A stretch of DNA of 64,000 nucleotides from Phoronis australis (Eukaryota; Animalia; Phoronida): NCBI GenBank assembly GCA_002633005.1, contig NMRA01000596.1, positions 125,494 to 189,493 on the forward strand, written 5' to 3'. Below the pieces are notes generated by a model, which was given only the letters and a program-made list of their open reading frames with translations, made no database searches and was not told where the DNA came from. Below are positions 1 to 13,179 of this stretch, one piece after another. How positions within the stretch are numbered: position 1 is the first letter of the stretch; each line of letters starts with the position of its first letter. A program made the translations under genes and the position numbers.

Positions 1-823
1 AGACAGTGTAAGAATGGAAATATTAAAAAGTTAGAAACTTTAAAACATAAATATTAAAAACGTTTAATGTCACAAACACTTCCAATACACAATTGCAAAT
101 ATAAAGTTTAAAATAAGGCACTCACAATTTTGTTTTTCTATTTAGAGAAAATTAAACATTAAATAAATGTTGGTGACAAATCGTTACTGGTGATGTTTGG
201 GTAGAGGTCGGGTAAATGAATCAGCTGTCAACACCCTCCGTTTGGCAATTCAGGACCATGGGCGGAGCATCATTGGGGTCTGGAGGGCTATAGCCCCCCA
301 ACACTTTTTTCAGTGTTGCGCCGCCCGTTAGGACTAATCCATCATCATGTCAGGCGTGTCCCTTTACCAAAACATCCTAACACAGTGCGTCAAATTTTCG
401 CACTCTGGTCTTCCTTTCTGCTAATCACAGGCACTACAGGTAAGCTGTATTTTCACCTGCTGATGTCGTTTAATCTTAGAACAAAAGAATAAAGATAAGT
501 CCACAATGCAACACTATGTTAATCACTCGTCTAGTAGACAACACTCAAGGCACTTCAATCACAATGCTAAGAGTTTTTCAAGAATGGCTCAAGAGTTCCA
601 AACACCGTTCAAAACTTTTTCAATACGGTGAAGCACGATCTTTAAATACTTGTAGGGAGGACGCTAGGTTTACCACTGCCGGTATCATTTACGACTAAAT
701 CGAGTGTGTTAACAGGTGTTTTGTGACAACGTTTTGTAAACAACGTTTTCTAGTGGAATAAGAAGACTGTTGCACGCAAAAGTCCTGTATGACAATCGAA
801 GTGCATTTACAAGACATAAGTAC
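1..823 (+). repeat. Interspersed repeat homologous to 31147-31870
   Basis: Colinear similarity over ~720-820 bp, including the shared CAATGCAACACTATGTTAATCACTCGTCT; family unknown. Confidence 0.8.
257..329. mobile_element. Short GC-rich hairpin MITE (relatives at ~35172-35320, two tandem copies, and ~50010-50066)
   Basis: CATGGGCGG...CCGCCCGTT flanked by duplicated AGGAC; the homologous site at 31393-31397 has one AGGAC and no insert. Confidence 0.7.
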
Positions 824-890
824 ACTCTACCTCTCCCTCCCTCTCCCTCCCTCTCCCTCTCCCCCTCTCCCCCTCCCCCCTCCCCCCTCT
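824..890. repeat. CT/CCT-rich microsatellite (a second tract at 1261-1329)
   Basis: Pyrimidine-only tract. Confidence 0.9.
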
Positions 891-3800
891 GAAGCATATA
901 GAAAACGATCGTTTATGATGTGTTTGATTTTAGTATGCAAGATTTGCACACCCCGTTAATCCTATCGGGCTTGGGTGACTCTGGGCCCGCCTGTATTTCT
1001 CATCAATGGATAGGTTTATATAGGCGCCCTCGGTATTTCCCGACAAACACTCAGCGGTTATTGATCCGCATGCCTAAATTTATCATCATTATCGAATATC
1101 CTGTATGCGAAAAATTCAAAACTCAGTTATGTCGATGTAATCACGTTGATTTACCATTACAGAACAACGTGTTTGCTGGGAAAACAAAAGCATTAAATAT
1201 TAACTTGATTGGTATCGTTTCAAAGTTCGGACCGCCACTCTCAGGGCAGTGTGCTTTGGNTCTCTCTCCCTCTCTCTCTCTCTCGCTCTTCCTCTCTCTC
1301 CCCCACTCCCTTCCTCCTTCCCTCCCTCTGTATGTCTAATGCTGCAATACCATTAACGGTTTGGTGATAATGAACAGTAAGGCTGACGCTGCAGCCAATT
1401 TGCAGTGCCGAAAGGCAGGATGGAATATCAAAAACATAAGTCCTAATCGAGATGTATAACCTCGTGTTTTATTAAAAGTGCAACTACACTTCGCTGATCA
1501 TGAATAATGAAAGCAACGGCTCTGTGTAAGTAAATCTGCGCGACGATTACTGCGTGTACATTTATGGAACAGAGCAGGTGCATTTCACTTTTGCTTTGCT
1601 GATCATTGTAGTACGTTGAAGTGGTTCCCAAGAAGAATCGAAGTGCTTTTCAGCATGTAAATCTACTACTCATTGTTTCCCATATCCCAATGATTATGAA
1701 ATTTATCTTTGTAACTCAGCAGAAAAACTTGTGTTATTGCAATTTGACTTGCAAAAATATTAAACATCAGTCGGTCCAGCTTTCTTGTTAATCCACTTAC
1801 AGGTTTCAAAGGCAGGTCAGTCATGTGATGTATTTCTTTAGCTCTGCGACAGATGGGAGTTCTATCAGTCCAGGATGGGCCTATTGGTTTAGCATAGCGG
1901 TCCCTCTGGAACTGTGGGAGAACGAATATAAGACATCCGGGAATATACGCCTAAAAGTAAAGCACTAAAGGGGGCGTTGCTGCGAGTGACATGATCACAA
2001 ACTCGTGTATTTTGCAAAGTTAAAAGCGGCTATTCCCTGGCGTTACATTGAAGAGTTTAACTTTTGATTTAAGCTACATGTTGTAAAACTGGCCGCGACT
2101 TTTTCTTTACTCAGACTGAGAGCGATTTTCTCATTGCTTGAGACCAAGCTGCCGTTTTATTCGCCGAGCATGAAAAATGAAATTTCGATGTTGCTCAGGA
2201 CTATGCCAGTGGCACGAAATAATACGCCGTGATAAGCCAGTTTGTAGAGTCTGTCAGTTCTTTTCAAGTCCACATTTAAAATATGTTTTGACTAAGAAAC
2301 AATGAGGGAATCGCAAATTTTCTTTTTGCCGCTAGGATTGCTAGGAGCGCGTGTTAATCCGCTTAACATACATGTATCTTCCCGTGTATTTACTGTGGGC
2401 TGTCCCGGACTGCATTTGATGGTTTTTCGCAAAGAACAGGTCTTTAGGTCTTTAAGTTGGATAAATTCATGCTAATAAGTGGTCTAAATCAAATATTGGT
2501 TTTGAGAAGGATGGTTCATAATGTAAGTATAATCTAAATGTTGATACACAGTTCTGGGATTTATTAGCCAAAGGTGCGGATAAAAAAATCTTAGGAATCC
2601 CTCGACAGGGGCTCCGTAGGACCCAGCTGACTTCGAGATAGAAGCGCAATCAATCAGTTTTATTTTGAAGCAATTTCAATAACAATCAAATAATAATCTT
2701 GATTAATTTTGTAGCCTTAGGTTCACCTGGAAGGTTATTGAAAGCAGAAGAGGCTTCAATCCCCCGGGACATATCCCAGTTTGTAGAGAATATATAAGCC
2801 CTGCTACTTGATAAAAATTTTCGGTTTGATTTCTTAATCACAAATATTTAGAGAAACATAACTTGAAAGCTTTCAGAAAGGCTTAACATGCATTCAAGAG
2901 CATCTTATACCAATTTCAAAATATTTTTGGGCAGCATTCCACGACCCTTCTAGATTCTTGTCGCGCTTTCATGTACACGTATGGCAATCAAGCTCCTGCA
3001 TTCAGCGCTCAATTTACACCCAACACAGGGGTTTAAAGGACGGACAAACGTGTGAACGTTATCAGCACTTGCGTGAACTTCATTCGTACAGCCACCCATT
3101 CAGCAGGTTGAAACTTACTAGGTGACTTGTCATATGACTGAACTCATTGTTTCATTGCTTAAATACATGTATGGCTGTACATGTACTTGTAGCTAAGACT
3201 CTTGAGACTCAACTACCACATCAAGCCAATACATATTGGCGGGGTCAAATTTACAAAAGAACGTTAAAACATAATTATATTTCGTTTAAAAAATACGGTA
3301 CTCAGTAAACAAATTAACACGAACGGGTGTCTTAAAATTATTCGCATAATACTCAATTGTTTATGTTACCTAAGACCGTTTACTTGAGTTTTTTGGGGGT
3401 TAAAGCCCCAACAACGATATTTTTCCTTTCTCTGTTGAGTGAGGTTCCTTGACCCTCACGTCACAAATGGAAGGGAAATTAACACCCCCTGCCCCCATTT
3501 GCTACAACAATGTACAGATAAATGGATGAATGGGTTGGTATGTATAATATTTGCGATAAAAAGTCGTGTACCATTTGTGGTTTGTTCATAAATAACACAA
3601 ACTCTGTAAGACAATCTGAAGCATATAGAAAACGATCGTTTATGATGTCTTTGATTTTAGTATGCAAGATTTGCACACCCCGTTAATCCTATCGGGCTTG
3701 GGTGACTCTGGGCCCGCCTGTATTTCTCATCAATGGATAGGTTTATACATGTATAGGCGCCCTCGGTATTTCCCGACAAACACTCAGCGGTTATTGATCC

Positions 3801-5069
3801 GCATGCCTAAATTTATCATCATTATCGACTATCGGTATACGAAAAATTCAAAACTCAGTTATGTTGATGTAATCACGTTGATTTACCATTACAGAACAAC
3901 GGGTTTGCTGGGAAAACAAAAGCATTAAATATTAACTTGATTGGCATCGTTTCAAAGTTCGGACCGCCACTCTCAGAGCAGTGTGCTTTGGCCTGACAAA
4001 GACGGGCGCTCATCCAGAAATTGGATTCTAATACGTACATGTACACTGTACAAGTATATATGATCAATAAGTCTCCGTCTAATCTCAGAACGCACCCGTC
4101 TCAAATTCAAACTTGAACATTACTCAATCGCGCCGCCGGGATCATTCCAGTATAAATTCGTAGGTTAACTCGAGCCGTGACATGCTCAGAAATATTCCAG
4201 CGACATGATGAACCATTTGTCGCTAGATGGCAATAGAGCAGTTGGTGGAGTGAGCGTGCTGCATTTATCCTTACAATGTAACTAGAGTAGGATATTTCAT
4301 AGCGTTTTTACAAGTTATTTGCGACCATCACGTCGTCAAATTGGCACTACTGTGGGGTTGGTTTAAACGATTCACATAAAAAACGTCCATTGTCTCGAAA
4401 TGCCTGTAAAGGAAAGTGTTTACTGTATACTGCGACCCGAATGAGCACTGAACAGTTCTAAGTGGGTTTTGCCTGACAGTGCACACACCGCCAGAAAAGC
4501 GGACTTTTCACATGGGCGCGGTCCAGAGTAATGGAGCGCGAAAGCAACTTCCGCATGACCCCGACTCAGATTCGGTAGACAGGAATTCAATTACTACATG
4601 GTGGTTCATTTATCTATAAAGACAGAGGAACAAATCCTACTGCTGACATGTCAACCCCTCCCATTGTTTGATAAGGTTTAGTTCAATAAGTTATTTTAGC
4701 ATTTTGACATTGGCTATGATCGAAATTCTCCCGCTTTATCAGTCGCAGCAGCTACTGACTTCTCAAGGTGCGGAGTCTTCTTTGCAATAGGAACATGATG
4801 CCCTCTATTTGTGGATACTACAAGACGATTGCTTGTTTTGTTAAGCCATTTGTGGACCCCACCGCTCAGCACTGGTAATTTTCCGACATTGTGTTAACGC
4901 AAACCGTTTACAGTAGATTGAAACCTCCCATCCTTGGGGTCTGCAGGTGGTGCTGAACACCTGTCCACTTAAGACCTGATCGCCGTCTGGCGGGACAGCG
5001 AAAAAACAAAAACGTTACAGTGTTTCAGGCATCTTCTCGATTTTTGATGTTTATTATGAAATATTCAGT

Positions 5070-5895
5070 ACAATAAATATACATGCCTAGAAAGCGCCAA
5101 GAGTCATTGTCCTGAGTTAAATAAATACAAAGAAATCTATAAGCAATTATTACACACAAATTCGTAAATTAAAAAAATGCATACCGTACAAGCAAAGAAA
5201 CCCTGAACATTTGTCTGAGTGTCTCCACAGGAACAAAGAGGTAAAATAGTCCGCATCTTGATCTGTATAGGATTATTTCATGGTTACGAGGAAGTTGGAA
5301 TGATGTCATTGGGACTGGCAAGTCTTGAGTTGTGGCATGCAGTTTAAAATTATTTTTGAGAGTGACGATTGAAGTGTTTTCTTCTATTTTGGATGGTAAG
5401 GAATTCTAGTTGTCAATGCAAGTAAATATCGTAGATCTCCTGAAGGCTTAGCTGAGGAAGATGGTATAGTGTTTGTATTACTTTGCCACAGCACTGGTCT
5501 TATGTTATGTCTTTTGTAGGAGTCAACGAGGATTTTGTTTGAGCAATTGCTTGTGTTGTTTAAGACTTTGAATGTATACATGTACATGGACAGATGGAGT
5601 TTACGACGGGTTGCCAGTTTCCTCCAGTTGAGACTATTTAGAACCTTGATTGTGTTGGATCCTATGTATGCTCCTGTTATGGCTAAAGCTGATTGGTATT
5701 GTAGTCTTTCTAATTGAAGAAGTATTCCTGCGTTTACTGATTGGTAGATTATGTCACAGAAATCAACACTGTAGATGTGGAAGTACAAAAGACTTGAACA
5801 GAGTTTCAAGATGCATGGAGCTGAGATGACGAGAGACAATTCTAATTGGATTGATTAATTTTTGTACTTTATGAACGAGTTCGCGACAGTGAGGA
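5070..5895 (-). mobile_element. 3' fragment of a CR1/L2-group LINE
   Basis: LFKSFVLPHL / DFCDIIY...LERLQYQSALAITGAYIGSN...LNWRKLATRRKLH, the post-RT region of CR1-group elements; boundaries approximate. Confidence 0.72.
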
Positions 5896-6814
5896 GTAAA
5901 TGTAAGCTTATGGTTTAGTAGCAAGATTTCAATCCGTGTGAATGGCTGAATGGGCAGGAAACAGCCACATCTCTTGCTCATTCATTTCATAATATGAGGA
6001 AGCGATGCAACCAAAATTGCAGAGAGATCAAATGCTGGTATATCTAATCACACTGAAAAAATGAAGGTCCAACCGACATGGTTACAGGATGAATGGGCTA
6101 GGACAAAAGCCCTATATCAAAATCAGTCGCGCATTTTGCGGTGGTGTAAATTCGCGGTAGATACAAACCACACCTTCTTAAACCTTATAGGGACTATATG
6201 TCTTACTGACAACTACATTTGTTGTCGTATTATGATTATAATAGTATATTTTTGAACCGAGTTGTTCACTTCGACAAACTGAGTGTACACAATAAAAGCA
6301 ACAACAAAGTAACAAAACACTGCGTCATATAACCTTCTTAACAGCCCATTTAAATGCAGAAGTTGGCAACAACAGGTTTATCAACCCGATAAGATTCCAC
6401 ATGAGCACGTAAATAAGATAAAAAACTGACTGTGTTACTTCGTCTTTCTGGCGGCGAGAAACGACGTAGACACTCTCGAAAGACTTGCGCCAAGGAATCT
6501 ACACCATATCAAGCGGAAACACAAAATTTTCCTCCGCAATCCAATAGTCCAGTCTTGCCCACCATCACTTCGTAGGCAGCCATTTTGCTAATGTACACTT
6601 GCAAAGTACAGACGTACTCGGCGAAAATTTTGCCTTTTACTAGCCAGAAACCAAATGCGCTAAGGGAAAGAGTACAATGTAGATTGAGTTATCAATTGTA
6701 GCGAATTATTATGTACTGCCTCCTTTCTATGTTCTATTACACTGTTTACTTTCAGATCCACCAACCAAAGGACTTTGAAGCTTTATTGCAGTTGTCACAC
6801 TGAGACGTGTCCGT

Positions 6815-6978
6815 TTAGTTCGTACATATGAGTGGACCCAGGGTTATTTTTGTAATTTCGTTTGATCCATCGATGTCCCCCTGATAAAATTTGATGAGCG
6901 GGAGATCATCTTTTGATACAATGTAGCCTTGGTCGACCAGCCATTCCGAAATATTGGCGTCACAGTTGCAATCCTTAC
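6815..6978 (-). CDS. Same gene, terminal exon 6 (end of CASPR-type domain, stop)
   Basis: Acceptor ttttctttcAG; (G)KDCNCDANISEWLVDQGYIVSKDDLPLIKFYQGDIDGSNEITKITLGPLICTN* has the CASPR hallmarks CNCDA...D.G...K..LP...GD...LGPL.C; minus-strand AATAAA at 6782-6787. The six exons sum to 1227 nt = 408 aa + stop. Confidence 0.85.
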
Positions 6979-7496
6979 CTGAAAGAAAACGATACAAAAT
7001 CAAGGGCTCTCACAAAATCAAAACCTTTGACAAACAGTATTCATGTTCTAGCTGCCCCTTTCATTTAAATGTAGTGTGTGCGTTCATTGGGTAGAATCAG
7101 AGAGCCGTGACTGTTTGAAGACACTCCGGGTTCCCTTTGTTTTCACCCATTTCTTCTTAGTTTATAAAAAGCGACGGTCATTTTGTTTGTGCTGTAAGAG
7201 GAATTTAAATTAAGGCTTAAGTTATTATGAAAAAAGAAAAGTCTTTTTGAAAGAGCGTTATTCGGTAATGATTACGTTTCCACTAATTTAAAAATTGATT
7301 TCTGAAACATAGTTTTTAGACTTTTAAGACTAAAGTCAAGCGGAAAGATTATCTTTAAACATGGTTTTCTATTTTCCCACGATGTGTCTAAGGCTCTATG
7401 AAAGAATAGTTACATTTTTGGGCGAACAATATAGTTACTCCAGCAAAACAGCCATTAAGAGGTGGATTAAACACTGAAGTCATCGCACCATGTTTA

Positions 7497-10400
7497 AGGA
7501 GAATGCCACCCGATTCGTTTCGTTTTTTGTCGTTTTAATCGGTCTATATCCACATACATAACCTCCTATATGGTTGATCTTACCTTGCCGAGAAGTGTCG
7601 CGTTAAAGGAGCATGCCACCCAAAAACAACCTATTTTTTATCAATTGAGATCAGTTGTTCCACTAGATAAAGGCACGTACGGTTGCGTTACCTGACACCT
7701 GACGGCAGACGGAGGTGTTGAAATTATCCAATGACGTCATTGGTTTCCACGCAACACGGGCTAGTGGTGTCAGCTTACCGCTTGAATTCATCGTTTAACA
7801 CCAATAAATCATCAAACTTCGATATAAAACCCTTAAAAATACACAGAGTTCTTATAAAAACGTGTTGTTTTATTTCGCGGTTACGGATTTATTGGTATTT
7901 GGACACACCGTAGCCTACAAAGTTCGGCAGGCCAAGGTTCATAGCAGGAGTCTGGGGTCAGTTCAAAGTTAAATTCGAAATATTTTTCCGTGAGATACAG
8001 ACAGGAGAACCTAGATCTATGCTCATTAAACATGTGATTCTTTGAATTCTAAACACACAAAACGCTTGTTATCCCGGCCAGTGTCTCGGAACCTGATCAA
8101 GCCCGTCGCGGCCGGACTGACTCGTTATCCCAGCCAGTGGCTCCGAACCCGGTCACGCCCGTCGCGGCCGGACTGAAGACATCACGAACATAAACCAGCC
8201 AAAGTTGGAAACTAAACTTCCAGTCAAGAAAATGCTATACTAGTGAGCCAAATAAGTAATATACACGTGATTAGGTTGGTGAATTAGCCACGAAACTGCA
8301 AATCTACTTACTCGTCGGGGGCCGCGAATTCAGGTTCCGCTTTGGCCACAGAACAGTCAGAGCAAAAGTTGTACATTGACAAACATTATTTGAATAACGT
8401 AAATGTAAATAAAGATTCCCCTAACACCTGGCCGTGGGATAGAAATCGAGTTATTGTTTCACAACATCAAGCACTGAATTAGCATGAGTTCACACGGCCT
8501 CAGTGTTCGGTCAATTAGTTTTATCACCTAACGCCGGTAACGCCGTGATTTATTCATTGCTGGCTTCTCAAATCATTTGCACCCACGAACACTCCAAAGA
8601 AATTACAAATTGTATCTAATGAGACATACTTTGCTTCAGTTTTATAAAAGTATTGGTTAGGGTGAGAATAATTCATTTTGAAACAGAACGCTCAGTAATA
8701 AACGTCAACATGGCAACTCGCAATCCCGACTTAGACGAGAGCTCGTCGACGAAGACTTCGCAGGTGGATCGTTAAGTTTCACAGGCTATCAGTTCGAACA
8801 GGAATAGAGTGATGAAGAAATACTAGAGAGGCACCGTGAACATGCTCGGGCAACGGAACGTATGGATAGCTATTTCGTCAGACTCACTGTCGACTACTGC
8901 AGGACACAGACACGGAGATGTTTCACGGCCTCGTAGTTGCTACAGTGTATTTACAGCGTACTTTTCATTCTTCACTACCGCGAGCCTCTTCCTAAGCATT
9001 TCGGACTCTCGAGGAAGTCGAGAAAACGATATACCCGCTTTCCTTGCAGCTGCAGAGTTCCGAAAAGCGGGAACGATGCACTGCAACATAGCGGCATTCA
9101 CTCTGCAAATGAACCACTGACGTCGCTGCGTCGTTTCTCACCTTCCTCACAGGTTAACGCGACACCTCTCGGCAAGGTAAGGTCGACCGTATGGGAGGCG
9201 ATGTGGATATAGACCGATTAAGACGGTAAAAAAGACTAATTAAATAGGGTGGCATTCTCCTTTAACCTGCGAGGAACTTGAGTATACGACACAGCGAAGT
9301 CAGTGGTTCTTCAGCTGAGCGTGTGACGCTATGGTGTGGCGTATCGTTCCCTCTTGCGCGAACGGTGACGCTGCGAGGAAAGCAGGTACACGAGTACATC
9401 GTTTTTCGATTTTCTCGAGAGCCTGAAAAGCTTTGGAAGTAAAGAATGAATAGCACGCCGTTAATACCAAGTATGAGGCCATGAAACATCTCGTGTCTGT
9501 GGCCAGCATTGCTCTCCTTCAAAATGAGTTGCTCTCACGCTCACCGATACTTAATAAAAGTGAAAAAAGTGTCTCGAAAAACTGTGTCACTAGATAATTT
9601 GCAATGCCATTGTAGTGTTCGTGAATGCAAATGCTTTGAAAAACCAACAATGAATACATACAAATCATACTAGGTTACCAGCTTCAGACGTGATAAACTA
9701 ATTGACAGGGCACCCGAGGCCGTGTGACCGTTTGCTAATTTAGTGTTTGCTGACAAAAAGCTGTTGTGAAACAATTACGCGACTTTATATGCTATGGTGA
9801 CTTGTCAGGGGAATCTTTATTTAGAAATGCAAATATATTATTCATATCATTGTTATTGTACACCTTTGCCCTGTACGGTTCTTTGAAAGGGGAACCTAAG
9901 GCTTCGCGGCCCATGACGGGTAAGTAGAGTTTTGCAATTTCGCAGCGTTTTTTCCAAAATTTCCACGTGCACATTATTTCATTGGTTCACTAGTCTAGTC
10001 TTTTCGTGACTGCAAGTTAAGTTTTCAACTTTGGAAGCCGACCAACCTGGCTGGTTTATGTTCGTGATAGTCTCCAGTTCGGCCACCGGCGACGCGGGCC
10101 TAATCGGGTTCCGAGTTACTGGGTTACAATGAGCGTTTTGTGTGTTTACACCGTAAAACTGAAAATATTCGTAAGTTTAAAATTTCAACACACGATTATG
10201 CTCTACCTCTTGTCTGTATTTCAGGGAAGAATAATTCTTATCTATCACGGAGCAGATCAAAACTTCCCGCGACCGACCTCGGTAAGTTAGCCTACCGAAC
10301 TCTGCACGCTACGGTGCGTTCAAAATTTCTATAAATTCGTAACAGCGAAATAAACTCGTTTGTTTAAAAACAGATTATATTCGTAAGGGTTTTTCAACGA

Positions 10401-10628
10401 ATTTTGATGATTTATTGGTATAAAACGATGACGTCACGCGATACACTGACACCACTAAGCGTGTTGTGATTTGTTGAACAGACCGTGTTAGAACCTATGA
10501 CGCAATTGCTTAATTTCAGCACCTCCGTCTGCCGTCTTGTGTCAGATAAAAGAACTGAAATAGCTGTTATCTTGTAGAAATATTCGTTCTAAGTTGATAC
10601 AAAAAAACGTTTTTGGTGTCATTCTCCT
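7497..10628. mobile_element. Kolobok-type non-autonomous DNA transposon, family 1, copy B (inverted relative to the other copies; interrupted by copy A)
   Basis: Termini AGGAGAATGCCACCC ... TGTCATTCTCCT, flanked by TTTA/TTAA; reverse-complement homology to copies A, C and D; THAP-start remnant near 9330. Confidence 0.8.
7607..9261. mobile_element. Kolobok-type non-autonomous element, family 1, copy A (nested in copy B)
   Basis: TTAA (7603-7606) AGGAGCATGCCACCC ... GGGTGGCATTCTCCT TTAA (9262-9265); decayed KolX-like start (+, ~8710) and THAP remnant (-, ~8880-9090). Confidence 0.88.
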
Positions 10629-10955
10629 TTAAGAAGATAATAAGTGTGTCCCACAAGTTATTTTTTTAAGAATTTCTTGCTAGCACAGGAAGGGAAAACA
10701 GTAGTGGCAGTTGAAACGCCACTTTCTCAAGGAAAACACATACATGTACTAACGTCCTTGTTACTTGAAACCAAGCGTAATGTTGGGATACAAAAGAAAG
10801 TTTAAGCGACACTTAAGAGTTTACTTGCAGCTTAGAATATTCACCTTTATTCTAAAACATTTTCTCACACGCCAAAAATGTTGCTTCGAATAATGTATCA
10901 GTTTGCTAACCCAAGCGAATGTTCAACTCTTGCTGAACTCCAAATTTCAACCTAC

Positions 10956-11229
10956 CACTTCTGCAAGAGTTGTTCTTTTTGCAGTGACACCCCACGGTTG
11001 CGGCGTCTACCCAGTACATCAGCTTCACGTTACTTCGACCATACCACCAGGAGAAGTACGTATTCGAGGTTCTCCACCCAAAGGAGGCGTGACAGTCTCG
11101 CTTCAAATGCTGCTTGCACTCGGTTGAAGTCTCCATCACTGCGCCAATCTGATCCATGGTTGGACCATACGTCACTTGGAACACTAATTTTGGAGTTTGA
11201 GTTCCTAACTTGAAAGTCATCTGAGTTTC
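10956..11229 (-). CDS. Same gene, exon 5 (middle of CASPR-type fibrinogen-like domain)
   Basis: Acceptor tttctattccAG; ETQMTFK...STECKQHLKRDCHAS...SWWYGRSNVKLMYW...GCHCKKNNSCRS; donor G|GTAGGT; phases 0/1 (274 nt). Confidence 0.85.
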
Positions 11230-12620
11230 CTGGAATAGAAATTATCGAAATGGGTTACATATTTTTGAAAGTGCCTGGCCAGTTTCTTACATTTACTTAA
11301 GCCAAAGACAGAAACAGCGGTTTTAGGGCGAAGTCGAAATTGGTATTTAACAGTGGCCAATTGATCCGCCGAAGCAGTCTATGTAATCCACTTGCTCGGT
11401 CTATGGAGTAATTTCGCAAAATTAGGGATGCTATTCAACTGTGTAAAAATTTATTCGTCTCAGTGCCGAGGTAGTCTACACAGACAAGTGCGTTGAGCTC
11501 CGCTAGACACCGAAATTTCACACAACCTGGGTGCTCACAGCTCGATGACCGGCAGGGTTACATGGAGAATCCAGGAATCAATCGACACTCACCTTGCACG
11601 TTACAGTCTTTTATTGAAGTAAAAAAAACAATCCAATAAACGTTATTTTTGCGTAATTCTCTCCTTTTGTAACAAAGAAAAGTCTACGGTCGTCGTTTTC
11701 AAAACAGTGCATACTCGTGACACGCGCACGCACCATATCCAAAAACTTTGCGATATCTTTCAGGAATTTGTTCTGAAATTGGGTTTTCTTGTATTAACAT
11801 AATAGAAACTTGTAACGAAATGAAACCAGTTCCGATTGTTATGCCACATGTATGTACGCAACCTCACAGTTGATTGAAGAGTCGGGGAAACTGGCTAATA
11901 GGTGCCACAATTCGGCCCAAAAGATCGCATCACAAATTTAGCACCAGACTAACGGTAGAACGCCAATTTTTCCAACACCGGTAAATAATTTAGTTTACTC
12001 AAGGAAGAGTGCATTTTTTTAATGAAATCATTAATTTTGGCGGCGACAGGCCCAATGAATTATATACGCGTCAGAAGCCGGAGGGAGTGAAATTAAGCCG
12101 ACGCACTGACGTCACGCACGCCAGTGCGAAGCTGGCTACCCTCCCTACGCGTCCGCAAAAAACGGCCCGCGAGAAAAAATACAATAGGGGGCTGGTGCAC
12201 TACATGAGACCAAGGAAGTGCTAAAATAGGCGCAACGAAGATCTGTAGAGGAGTTGGGGAGACGGAGTTTGCGCGAACGATGGATTTTATAGAATACATT
12301 GGCTTCGATGTCATCTAATGTAGCTAGTGAACGTGTTGCAGCCACAGATAAAATGTGTGAGTTAAATTACTCCCAGATTTGACATGCTTTGAGTTATTCC
12401 AGAAGTGCCTGACGGGCGGCTCTATTGGATAGCAGTTGTATACCTTTCTTTGTACTGTATATCGTCAAGGTTGGATTAAAGATGCCTGTGGACTAAGACA
12501 GGTTTGCCATACCTGATATGGGCTGTAGACTACAAATTATGAAAATCAAAAACTCGCGCTCTTCATTAGATAACTCCAGCATAGCTTGGTAGTGTTTGAT
12601 GACATGCCGGTGGGTCTAAC

Positions 12621-12775
12621 CTTGTTGTGATGAAACACCGCACTCGGAGGTGACGTCGACATATCGCAATAAACAAGGAAGGGGTCAAGGCCACTGTTGT
12701 TGTCGTCTGGGTCGATTAGGTAGTCATCGCTGTTAGTGAAGCCGCCATTTTTATATCCGGAGCAGGATGGCGCAT
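12621..12775 (-). CDS. Same gene, exon 4 (start of CASPR/neurexin-IV-type fibrinogen-like domain)
   Basis: APSCSGYKNGGFTNSDDYLIDPDDNNSGLDPFLVYCDMSTSPPSAVFHHNK matches the SC..Y...G....Y.IDPD....PF.VYCDM motif; acceptor aattgcAG, donor AAG|GTTAGA; phases 1/0 (155 nt). Confidence 0.85.
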
Positions 12776-13179
12776 CTGCAATTAAAAAGCATTGTTTCAA
12801 AGCGATATGAAACGTTCTAAATACAATTTTGTAGCATTGCGAGAGTAAAACGCACCTTTGGTGCGCAAGCGGAGACCAAATAACAGGGGCGATAATCAAT
12901 TTCTTTCTTGAACTTTTATTTTGAGGCAATCGGTCAACTTCCTTAGAATATCTCACCTAGCATAGCAGTGGCCTTTTGAGAGCATGATTGTCTCACAGAA
13001 TGCTGGAAAATATCTTCTTCCTTTATTTGTACGAATGGCCATCGGCCCACAGTACAACAAACACGCAAACCTGATCATTGGAGTGCTATGCACACTAGTC
13101 AGCAATGCACAAGCTGCTCCGTTTTTTAGATGCGTAGTATACATATTTCATAAACTGAGATATTGAGATTACATAACAG

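Noticed and set aside
920-1339. 139-aa ORF and its twin at 3662-3928
   Set aside because: Crosses an N and a microsatellite, has no recognisable domain, and the twin is frameshifted.
6815-12775. Calling the gene CNTNAP/neurexin IV
   Set aside because: No discoidin, laminin-G, EGF or transmembrane exons were found; the CDS stops right after the fibrinogen-like module.
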